A stretch of 63,856 nucleotides of DNA, filler included, from Choristocarpus tenellus KU-1152 (lineage: Eukaryota; Protista; Phaeophyceae), in NCBI GenBank assembly GCA_964200185.2. It is 8 parts of 8 records of this genome, joined end to end, with 100 filler letters (N's around TTAATTAATTAA, not from the genome) between each part and the next. Parts side by side here need not be neighbours in the genome. Positions count along the whole stretch, not along the records: positions 1 to 19,942 come from CAXNAD020000430.1; positions 20,043 to 32,305 come from CAXNAD020001902.1; 6 more parts are not named here. One strand, written 5' to 3'. This document shows positions 13,601 through 23,361 of the stretch, one piece after another. The notes under the pieces are model-generated. The model saw only the letters and a list, made by a program, of their open reading frames with translations. It searched no databases and was not told the DNA's origin. The position numbers and the translations under genes are program-made. The first letter of the stretch is position 1; the number at the start of each line of letters is the position of its first letter.

Positions 13601-16600
13601 ACCCTAAATTACAATCAGAATATCATCCACACCTCAATAAGATACTCACAATTGGTAACATAAAGATAAACCAGAATGACTCCATCTTACACAATATGTA
13701 CAATAGCAATACCTGTAGTCTAGTCTAGTCTAGTCTATTCTAGTTTAGTTAAGTTTAGTTTAGTTTAGTTTAGTTTAGTTTAGCCTTGTCCGGTCTAGAG
13801 TAGCTTAGTTCAGCTTAGTCCTGGCATAGAATGGTGTTGGAAGGAGTAATGGCAATTCTTTGTCTTCTGTCTTTGGTTCTTAGGGATAGGGATAGGGTTA
13901 GGGTTAGGGATAACCTAAGTTCTGTATTTGGTTCTTAAATAAAAATAAAAATGACACGTACAACACCAGAAGTAGTCACAGGACAGTGTACAACTAGTAC
14001 TGTAGTAGATGTATGGATTTAATTGTACTAGACTAGATAATACCTCTTTCAAGACTCAAGACTCATAACTCAAAAATTACTACTGCCAAAGGCTTTTAGT
14101 TTTTTAGACAAATATAAATAATAGAATCTATACTATAAATCTGTATCTAATTCTTTTACACTGAAGTTAAATCATAGAATCTATACTATAAATATGTATA
14201 TCTAACTCTTTTACACTGAAATTAAATCATAGAATCTATACTGAAATTAAATCATAGAATCTATACTAAAAATGTGTATCTAATTCTTTTACACTGAAAT
14301 TAAATCATAGAAGTCGGTCTAAGAATCATTGGCTATGGCAACAATTAAAACAACAATGAAAGGGGTTGAGTCCACAACCCTAACCCTAACCCTAACATTT
14401 GAGTGCAATACACAAATAAAATAAACAAGTAACAATAACATGAATGACATCTTTTTGGAAAGGGTTAGGGTTAGGGTATGCCGTACACGACACTCTCTCT
14501 TCATCACCATACTAATACACCACCATACTAATAATAATAAAAAATCCAAGACTTTTGGTGTCAACACTTAGGGTTAGGGTTACACGCACTCAATGTCAAC
14601 ATGTAACCCTAACCCTAACCCTAACCCTAAAAACAAACAAAATACCACTATGAACAGTGTAGCTGTGGAGCTAACTCACCTCTTGTCCTCTCCACTCCAC
14701 ATACGGCTGCAGGAGGTCAATCATCATCAGGGTCAATCGAATATTTCTGGCAATGTGCCCATTCCCAGTGCTGGCCGGATTGAACAAGTCTTCTCTTGTT
14801 CCCAGTGTGTTTTTTTTTGGTGACTTTCTGTCACTTGCTTCCACCAGAATAGTCAACGCCCGAAGGGTGCCGGAATTGTACCTGATATACAGGATAGAGG
14901 ATAGAGGGCACAAACGGTCTTAACAGACTAACAATCGACCCTTCACGTAGAACTTATCAAATGGCCCTAACCCTAACCCTAACCCTAACCCTAACCCTGA
15001 ATCATGCCAACTACCAAATTATTCAATAAAGATAAGCCGTAACCCTATCCCCTATCCACTGAAGTATTAAATTATATTAAATACGCCGTAGCCATGACCC
15101 AACCCTAACCCTAACCCTAACCCTAACCCTTAAGTGTATGTATGTATGTATGTATGTATGTATGTATGTATGTATGTATGTATGTATGTATGTATGTATG
15201 TATGTATGTATATATGCCTAGGATCACCAAGGTATCTGAAGGACTGAACAACACACACGCTATGAAAGATGAGGAGAACAGGAATGTAGTGTGTATGGAG
15301 AATAGCAATGTAACTTGTGTTAAGAATAGGAAGTAGTGTGTATATACATTAGAAGGAATTACAGACCGTTTGACCCAAGAGAATGTTAACATGATCAATG
15401 AACACAGAACAAAGCTGGTTCATCTGTGTATTTGGTGCACTTAGAACAAGTGTGACTATGAAGGATCACATTTTATTTTGTAATGTCCAATTAACTCTAC
15501 CCTACGTATATTGAAACAAATCAGATAGATAAATCAGATAGATAAATCAGATAGATAAGTCAGATAGATAAATTAGATAGACAAATCAGATAGATAAATC
15601 AGATAGATAAATCAGATAGATAAATCAGATAGACAAATCAGATAGACAAATCAGATAGATAAGTCAGATAGATAAATTAGATAGACAAATCAGATAGATA
15701 AATTAGATAGATAAATTAGATAGATAAATCAGATAGATGCCCATGAAAGTATGCAAAGTACATACCATGGACGTTTTAAATAAAAAATGGTATCATTCTT
15801 GACATTAGTCTTAGCATGAGGAATCCTACCCCCGTGATCTACTGCTACACAAAACCTACACGTAACTATCACTATAATCATACCTGCAACTATCACTATA
15901 ATCATACCTGTAACTATCACTATAATCACAATGCAACTATCATCATACTGCAACTATCACTACCATCATGCCACACCCTTTTCCTTCCATATCTGCCTAT
16001 GATGTCATGATGTCATGATGTTATGATACCATGATGCCATGATGTCATGATATCATGATATGTCATGATATGTCACAATGCCATACTTCCCCCCTTTCCA
16101 TCAATACCTCTCTCTGTATACTTGAATCGATATGAAAAAATGAGAAATAAAATCTTTATACAAATAATTTAAATATTTTTTTTTTTAATGCATCCTCCTC
16201 ACCACCGTGACTATATTAAAAAAAAAAAACTATATTAATGTATTTGAGTGCACAAAGACAACCATGGCAGACTGTCATGGTTAGGGTTAAGGCTAGGGTT
16301 AGGGTTAACAATTTTATTTACAGGTGCCAATATGTACCCTACAACATAATTGTGGGAAGAAAAAATAAAAAAGCACTAGAAAATAAAAATGGCACTCCAT
16401 CTCCATGCAAAAAGGTTAGGGTTAGGGTTAGGCTATTCTTGCCCGATTTTAAAAGGTCCCCTCCATCTGCACTGAATAAATCTTCAAAAAGCACTGGTGA
16501 CATCCAAGCCTCTTTACCCCCTACTAATACTACAAATGTGGTCTTCTTACTACCATGGTATATATATATATCATCCAAACTTGTTGGTCACTTGTTGGCT

Positions 16601-17660
16601 TGATAAGTGTATCAATAAAATGGAGTGTTCATGGTGAAACTTCATTAACCAACCCTACTCCTCCATCTAACCCTAACCCTAACCCTAACCCTCATCACCA
16701 ACTGTTATCGTTCACATTCTATCACCATATCACCATATCACCATCTCCTAGCCCTAGCCCTAGCCCTAACCCTAACTATACACATACAAATCTCTATCCT
16801 GCATAACCACCCCACTAATCACATATCCTTACTATCAACTATCAACCACTACCTTGCCATTTATCTCTTCAGGCATCACTACCTCAGTACTACTCTACAG
16901 TACTATTCTACAGTACTAACCCTCAACCCTAACCCTAACCCTAACCAATACTCTTTGGTAAAGAAAAAAGAGAGGTATTTTATTATTTTATTAGTGGTAC
17001 TGTCTTGCCAACAGGTCAAATCAACATCTTCAAAAATCAGTTGGTAGTAATCAGTTGGTAGCGCTGGCAATAATAATAATAACAACAACAACAACAACAA
17101 CAATAAGAACAATAAGAACAATACATTTATCGGGACAGGGTTTAAGGTGCATAACTATTGAACTATAAATAAAATCTATGCAAAGACTAAAAGAGAGGTT
17201 TAGTGTTAGGACAAAAATAGTTCTTGCCTGGTCTGAGTGGTATTGTAACCTCCATATGTATCTGGAGTACATTCTAACACCCCTCCATCCCACGATCCAG
17301 CATAGCCCTGTTTACAGTAGTCAAGACAGTTTTTGAAGCTTGAACAGTAGTCAAGGTTTAACACATTATAGTTATTCATTTTCAGAGAGCATGGATCTTT
17401 GCTGTTGACCTTTCTCAACTAATCGCATACAGAAATTATTAAAACAAGAAGTTTGTCAGCTGTGGAAACCAGTACAATTGATAAACATACATGAGGTTGG
17501 AGATGGGGTTAGGGTTGGGGTTGGGGATTAGGATTAGGGTTAGGGAACTGACAACGAATCCAATACATCATCCTGGAAATCGATTCTCACCCAGTCTTCC
17601 ATGCCCCCTGACACAGGGTACACTATCTTGTTCATCCTCTCAAACGGGTAGGGTTGAAAT
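998..17660 (-). CDS. Peptidase M14 zinc carboxypeptidase with C-terminal transmembrane helix; 5'-partial, at least 7 exons
   Basis: Exons joined by hand: 17660-17591 (FQPYPFERMNKIVYPVSGGMEDW), 17307-17228 (GYAGSWDGGVLECTPDTYGGYNTTQT), 14881-14680 (YNSGTLRALTILVEASD...GNGHIARNIRLTLMMIDLLQPYVEW), 11656-11573 (EEMLSLDGDNGVDVEWAVGGSFHVDKTQ), 7729-7361 (VVWGLW...VAEVDKDWADQELKAFPGRPPQ), 5397-5117 (SHLVNARTNQDWDETNAGHRVRGRLQWYSRP...) and 1137-998 (VPKMP...MMWLGLVVLAVLVWKHH...stop). All have AG acceptors and GT/GC donors. Phases match except at the last junction, which needs a 1-nt correction at ~5177-5182. YPVxGGMEDW and the downstream Glu in ILVE are M14 carboxypeptidase motifs. The N-terminal zinc ligands were not found in this contig. 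Confidence 0.85.
1568..1680. repeat. (AAT)n microsatellite
   Basis: Long AAT run with AGT interruptions. It generates the spurious poly-N/I/L ORFs. Confidence 0.95.
2860..3560 (+). mobile_element. Degenerate pogo/Tc5-like (DDE_1) transposase relic inside a carboxypeptidase intron
   Basis: Frame-hopping translation gives LMKRHRKEMTARK (end of a CENP-B-type HTH), LDKTG (DETG-like), VAVGKGAETVSTTHSNPEGEH, VQPVWVESDPEGTLFAATT and KFVRKLRAEGHHNAVFIIGHIPQ, in pogo transposase order. There are multiple stops and frameshifts, and no TIRs were recognised. Confidence 0.6.
7085..7134. repeat. Interstitial telomeric repeat (CCCTAA)~8, among the longest of dozens of such tracts in 840-19650
   Basis: Perfect TAACCC array. 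Shorter CCCTAA/TTAGGG tracts occur in both orientations throughout contig 1 (e.g. 6202-6226, 8853-8883, 14965-14998, 17680-17714, 19388-19412). Confidence 0.95.
7874..8020. repeat. 19-bp minisatellite (TGTGTTGTGTTAAAACGTA) x ~8
   Basis: Direct tandem copies with no spacers. Confidence 0.95.
10010..10862. repeat. AT-rich ~27-29 bp minisatellite (TATTAATACTATACATTCAGTTATTACAT-like), ~850 bp
   Basis: Roughly 30 degenerate tandem copies, with higher-order variants in the right half. Confidence 0.95.
13218..13423. mobile_element. MITE family B copy
   Basis: Termini GGCTCAAGGTATCTG(G)n ... (C)nAAATGCTTTGAGCC, flanks AAAT/AAGT. Internal sequence is homologous to 38454-38632, 42176-42363 and 60004-60143. 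Confidence 0.75.
14119..14331. repeat. ~55-bp tandem repeat (ATAGAATCTATACTA...CTTTTACACTGAAATTAAATC)
   Basis: Three full copies plus partial copies in tandem. Confidence 0.85.
15136..15212. repeat. (TATG)n microsatellite
   Basis: Perfect tetranucleotide run. Confidence 0.95.
15519..15738. repeat. 13-bp minisatellite (AAATCAGATAGAT) x ~17
   Basis: Direct tandem copies. Confidence 0.95.
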
Positions 17661-18607
17661 CTGTCAATGGTAGGGATAGGGTTAGGGTTAGGGTTAGGGT
17701 TAGGGTTAGGGTTACACACATAAGAATCAGGTACTTAGCAATATGGATAGGGTTAGGGTTGCACACATTTGAGGTTAGGGGTAGGATTACAAAGGGGGTT
17801 TCAGTTTTATTGTTGGCGTTACAGTACGATTATTTTCAAGTGTTGACAGTATAAGTGAAATTCATTGTACTATTAGGGATAATTAAATCTGTCGTGTTAT
17901 ATACACCTTAGGGTTAGGGTTAGGGTTATACCACTCCCCTAACCTCCAATTTCTTACTCAGCAGAATTCCACAAATTTCCAGATTAGTCAACAGTCCTGC
18001 CAGGCTATATGTTTCAATTCAAAGTGCTGGTCAGGCGTGTTTGCCTATCTCAACATATTCTAGGGTTGGACCGGCTCTTATTGTTACTTTATTTTTACTT
18101 TCAATGTTTTACCTTTAGGTTAAGGGTTAGGGAAACAATTGAACTATTAATGTCTGGTATCTTGTATTTCTCTCACTCCTATATTGTTGTCAGTGTTAGG
18201 GTAGGGTTAGGGAAGATCGCTTTTTACTTTTCCCCTATATTTTGACTCTTGCTTTAGTTTGTACTCTTGTAACCAAGGCTTAGGGTTAGGATTAGGGTAG
18301 CAATTAACTGAATTACTTGTTCTTCTGACGGTGATCAACTATGATATATCTTATCATATTAATCCTACTAAACCTAACCCTAATGTAAATACAGGCTGAT
18401 CCTATCAAGAGGGAATATTCTCACTCAGATCAGTAACTCGCTGCATCTTGATACTAAGGCCTAACCCTAACCCTTGATACTGAAAACTACAGTTGCAACC
18501 TTTTTTTCTAAATGAAAAACTTTAGAAAAAATATTATTTTTAAGTGATCATGTAGCCTTCTGAGTTGCCTTGTTTGCGTTGGGAATAAGTCACAACGCAA
18601 GATGTGA

Positions 18608-18760
18608 TTAAAAGTTATTTTTTTTCAAATAAATTAAAAGTTATTTTTTTTCAAATAAAATAAAAGTTATTTTTTCAAATAAATTAAAAGTTATTTTTTT
18701 CAAATAAAATAAAAGTTATTTTTTCAAATAAAATTAAAAGTTATTTTTTTCAAATAAAAT
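18608..18760. repeat. ~26-bp minisatellite (TAAAAGTTATTTTTTTCAAATAAA) x ~6
   Basis: Direct tandem copies with a variable T-run. Confidence 0.95.
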
Positions 18761-19659
18761 CCAACTGTTGTATTTTAATTTTCATCCAACATGGAGCCAT
18801 CTCCAAAAATCGTCTTAACTCTAAAAATTACAATGGTTCCTTGATTATTGTCACGAAGTGGAGTTAGGGTTAGGCTAGCAGCATATGACAGTACAAGAGT
18901 TAACAAACAAACAAAAAACTCTTTTCTAAGAAAGAGGTCATACGACTGACTGTAGGTGCAACTCAAAGGTTAAGGTTAGGGGTTAGACAAACCCTAACCC
19001 TAATCCTAACTCCATTAGAGTTATAGCAACAGGGAGGAGAGTAATGCTGAATTACATTAAATTAAAGCCCCTATGGCGTTCCGGCAGCACAAGCTATCAG
19101 CCCAGCCCTCATCTGTCAAGCGCATTTTGACTGCTTTGTAGGAAAAACTTCACACTTCAGAAGCAAGTCACATATCCTCATTGACAACCAATGTATTTCT
19201 TGAAGTCTTCATCTCCTGTACATAAAAAAGTTGACACAAACTCAAAACAGTGAAAACAGAGACACACTCACTCGTTGCAAATACTTTGACTCTCTCTCTC
19301 TCTCTCTCTCTCTCTCAACATAAGTAAACCTGCCTTCCGTCCTAAGCCCTAACCCTAACTCAATCAACAAGAACTCAGAACTAATCCTAACCCTAACCCT
19401 AACCCTAAACCTATACTATAAGGGTAAGAAAGTCATACTGAACAAATTTGCTATCTCTACCTATGGTAACACCTTGTACAAGCTCATGGTTTATTACGCA
19501 ATTCAATGAAATTCTTGGAATCACTTGATATTCAAGCCTTAGGGACATTTCGAATGGATCACCTTGTACCACTATTAGTAGTATCAATGCAAGCATCATC
19601 ACAATTTATTGTTACTAGTATTATTATTAGGGCTAGAGTTAGGGTTAGGGCTGAGAAGA

Positions 19660-19917
19660 GAGTGAAAGTATCTTAGAGGGTACGAGTTTTGTCCTGTTTG
19701 TCCATTTGGGGCTTGGCTTCCCTCGGGGTTATTATGACATTTTCCTACTCCAAAATATTTCAGAGTAGGTAAAATGTATACGTTATGAAAAGGTGTGTTT
19801 GGAACAAGGGTTTTGACACTTCCTAACAAACACGATAGTCAAAATTACATTGAAATTGCAACACTGGATTTTGGCCCCCAAATGGACGCGGCTCTACCCT
19901 CTAACATACTTCGGCTC
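19660..19917. mobile_element. MITE family A copy (258 bp), 4-bp TSD AAGA
   Basis: TIRs GAGTGAAAGTATCTTAGAGGGTA / TACCCTCTAACATACTTCGGCTC, with AAGA at 19656-19659 and 19918-19921. Homologous copies lie at 37909-38166 and 60860-61118. A family B terminus follows immediately (19922-19942). Confidence 0.85.
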
Positions 19918-19942
19918 AAGAGGGTCAACGTATCTGGGGGGG

Positions 19943-20042
19943 NNNNNNNNNNNNNNNNNNNNNNNNNNNNNNNNNNNNNNNNNNNNTTAATTAATTAANN
20001 NNNNNNNNNNNNNNNNNNNNNNNNNNNNNNNNNNNNNNNNNN
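19943..20042. other. Artificial contig spacer (N44-TTAATTAATTAA-N44); identical spacers at 32306-32405, 36282-36381, 40039-40138, 43426-43525, 54073-54172, 59904-60003
   Basis: Identical 100-nt linker with stops in all six frames. Sequences on either side are not contiguous. Confidence 0.98.
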
Positions 20043-20088
20043 TGACCTCCAAATGGACACGGCTCTACCCTCTAAGATACTTTGGCTC
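20043..20088. mobile_element. MITE family A terminus, truncated by contig start
   Basis: CCAAATGGACACGGCTCTACCCTCTAAGATACTTTGGCTC matches the end of 19660-19917. Confidence 0.8.
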
Positions 20089-20199
20089 ACACACATCACA
20101 TTTATCCTGTCAACGCAGTAAAAGAGCACTGATTGCTTCAACTCTAACATACATCATTCATCTAGTCAACACAGTGTCTATGAAGTCTTGTACCTGCTT

Positions 20200-21292
20200 C
20201 TTTAGATGTACCAACGTCTTTACAGGAATTCTTCCCCATGTCAAAACCTCTCCCTCTATGAATTTTCCCTTCATCTATTGTTCCTCCATCGTCTCCATTG
20301 CCGCTTGCCATTCTCGCGCGTCAGGCCCCGTGAGTGCCTCTGATATAGAAGATGGATCTCGATGGTCTAGAGTAGATATTATTTACTTCCCAGACTTGCA
20401 AGTCTTGTGCAGGCAGCCATTTGCTGACAACCTTCCTCGCCAGGGGGTGCCTCTGATATAAAAGATGGTTCTTGATGGTCTAGAGTAGATATTATTTTCT
20501 CCCCAGACTTACGAGTATTGTGCAGGCAGTCCTTTGCTGACAACCTTCCTTTCTGGTGGAGTCTTAGTTGTGGCTCCTGCTAATGTCCTGCTCCCCTAGT
20601 GGCAGGTACAGCAATTGCTTTTCTCATTCTGTAAGCAAGAATCTTGGGGTCTCCAATCGATGTGCATGTGGCTCAGGCTCAGACCCAGGCTCAGGGTTGC
20701 AGCTCCGGCTGTATTGCCTCGATTATCTCCTTCATCTTGCCACAGGGTTCCAGTGCTCAATATTCGGCATGGCTTACCAGGTACCCAAAGTATCCCCCTT
20801 GACCTCCAGTTCTTGCTTGTTATCGATCGCACCATATCCCATGTCTCCTTAGCCTCCAGCTTCCCAATTTTACGAAACATGCAGGTCCACTTTGTTGGTA
20901 TGACGATGATGAGACTATTGCCCGTTTCAGATTCCTGTAGCTTATATTAGGTCTTGTGATGAGCTGCACGGGAATCTAGTCCTCCGTGCATCCTTTGTTG
21001 AGCTGCACGGGAATCTTGTCCTCCATGCATCCTTCATTGATTCCTCTTAAGTAGTTCCAGTGCGGTGTTCATTCTTATTCCGTTAGTGTCTCCGTGAGTT
21101 CAGGATGACGTATTTTTGCCGCAGAATGTCTTACAGACCCTTTCCACCGGCATAAACCACCACATATAATTTCCATGTTGTCCAAGTCTCCACTGGTCGT
21201 GCTAGTGCTCCAGTCCAGTTGAGCAACTTCTTCATGTCATTGAGGCCCATCACCTGTTCCTTTTCTCCATACTACTAAGGCTCATCATAACC
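20200..21292 (-). mobile_element. Internally deleted Ty1/copia internal region (LTR-B family): PBS, gag start, protease fragment, RT N-terminus
   Basis: PBS-like GGTTATGATGAGCC at 21279-21292. GILWVPGKPCRILSTG (20596-20880) is homologous to the protease at 29119-29517. PSSISEALTGPDAREWQAAME near 20290-20360 is the pre-RT motif. Internal tandem duplications lie at ~20335-20550 and 20961-21033. Confidence 0.8.
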
Positions 21293-21604
21293 TGTGCAAT
21301 TTACCTCGGGAGTTAAGCTATTTATCAGTAGTGAAGACAAGGTGTGAAGCCTCACACGGTTCTCCAATGCTGAAAACGATTGCATTGTTGAAATTAGAGG
21401 AGTGACCCTTGTGGAGTGTCTTCCTATTGCTTGTTTTATTATTTTTTTGTACTTCCTACATAAGCCAACAATTATGTCAAAAATAGTTGAATGCAGAATA
21501 AAAACTCATACATAATCCCATTCATGATCCGGATGTACTATCTCATTAGTTACATCTCTCATACACAAAATAAGGTACACCTCACAATTGTCCTGTTTTG
21601 CAAA
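21293..21604 (-). mobile_element. Copia LTR, family B, with a PPT on one side and a PBS on the other
   Basis: Homologous to 23017-23361 and 27852-28156. The PPT (revcomp CTCCCCCAT) starts at 21605 and the PBS is at 21279-21292. Confidence 0.9.
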
Positions 21605-21679
21605 CTCCCCCATGAGAGTGCAGGCATGGATGGAGGGTTGCTGGAACCCTCAAACCTAAAACATCTTGTTCTGCACACA

Positions 21680-22927
21680 CCCGGACCCCTGTCTCCCTGT
21701 CAGTTTCCCTGCACAGGTATGGATGGAGCTCCATAGCCCCCAACCTCTCGGTCTTCTCCCCTGTGACCTCTGTCATCATGTATGAAGAGGACGAGATGAT
21801 GGCTGTTTTGAGGTGGTCGTATATGAGGTCCGGTGCTGTGCACAGCTGCGCAAACACCTGTGGCATGCTGTCCCTGATGCTGATGATTAGAGCTCCCCCC
21901 CCTTCTTGGTGTGGTCCTCCTTGACCGCATCCAGCTATTCATACTCCGTCCAGATGTGATCGAGACGGATGACGAAGTCGGCAGCGTCCTCCACCGATGA
22001 GCAGTACACATCCCGCAGTTTCATCTTGAGAGCTATGAGTTGCATGGGCCCCTGCACTGCAGCGCGTCCCCCGTAGATTTGTTCCGGCTTGAGTCAGGCT
22101 GCCCTCTTGTCGGGTGTGCCGTTGTTTTCATGGGTGCTGACCACCATTGCCGCGGCCCCCCTCGTGGTCTGGTCCAGTAGGAACCACAAGGCCTTGCGAT
22201 GCTTGGTGTACTCGTTCGTCGTACGCGCTGCTGCCCCAAACGATGTATCCGCTATAGGAGATGCAGAGATGTGGTACGCCGGTTGGAGGATGCGGTACAG
22301 TCCTTCCCACCCTCATAGCTCACAAGCGCCATCCGTCTTCTGCCCACTTCTGCCTTGTATGCCCTTGCGCGCCAGTCCATAGTGGCAGCTTACGTGGGTC
22401 CGCTTCCATACCTGTGAGGCTCATATCCTGCACAAAAGTGGTGTTCGAATAGAGTTTTTTGCTTTATGTGGTATGGATGAATTAGTAAATAAGCGGAGTA
22501 AACACTAGCGGAGTAAACGCCATCCTTCACACCATCCCTCGATTGGGGAGGGGTGCCCTGCCTCATTACCTACTGCGCACGTCAGCAGATACGTCAGAAC
22601 GTGTCTGTGTCAGTCACACGCACTACATCACTCGTTCTGCCTCACTAGTACTACATCGGTCGTCCTGCCTCAGCCACTTACAGTAAACAATAAGAAACCA
22701 ATCCGACGAGATTCGAACCTATTACTCTTGGCATACGAAAACAAGTTTTTGACAACTATAAGCTACGTAGTCAAATTTTTCAGTTATGAGCTACTGGTTA
22801 ATAGACATATAAGAAACCCATAGAGTACCAGCCTATATTGGACAACTTAGTCACTCGGCTAACTTTTTTGTTACATGCTACCGGCGACCAAACACATAAG
22901 AAACCTACAGACTACCAGCCTATACTA
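21680..22927 (-). mobile_element. Truncated copia element (LTR-A family): 5' LTR 22429-22844 (+ partial U3 duplication to ~22927), PBS 22418-22428, degenerate gag
   Basis: The gag sequence (MPQVFAQLCTAPDLIYDHLK) is paralogous to 29909-30468. The PBS is GGATATGAGCC. The LTR is homologous to 30573-30926. Confidence 0.85.
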
Positions 22928-22929
22928 TG

Positions 22930-23361
22930 CAGTGCTCCAGTCCAGTTGGGCACCTTCTTCATGTCGTTGAGGCCCAGCAACTGTTCCTTTTCTCCATTCT
23001 ACTAAGGCTCATAACCTGTTCAATTTACTTTGGGAGGTAATGAGTGCTATTTATCAGTAGTGAAGACAAGAAGGTGTGAAGCCTCCCACATTTGCCCATT
23101 GCTGAACGTGATTGAATGGTTGAAATTAGAGGAGTGACCTTTGTGGGGTCTCTCTCCTCTTATTGCTTGTTTTATTATTATTTTGTGCTTACTACGTAAG
23201 TCAACGATTATGTCAAAGTAGTTCAATGCAGAATAAAAACCTGTAGATAATCCCATTCATAATCTGGATGTACTCAGTAGTTACATCACATGGACTCAAT
23301 TAAAATGATAATCTTTCATACACAAAATAAGGTACACCTCACTATTGTCCTATTTTGCACA
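22930..23361 (-). mobile_element. Copia 5' LTR family B (23017-23361) with perfect PBS GGTTATGAGCC and gag start
   Basis: TG...CA termini and PBS at 23006-23016. Sequence 22930-23005 matches 21203-21280. Confidence 0.9.

Noticed and set aside
19987-19998. Recurrent TTAATTAATTAA motif
   Set aside because: Artificial six-frame-stop linker. Genes on different sides of it cannot be treated as neighbours.
21293-22844. Chimeric element with LTR-A at the 5' end and LTR-B at the 3' end
   Set aside because: More simply explained by an LTR-A element nested in the LTR-B element 21293-23361, followed by a deletion.
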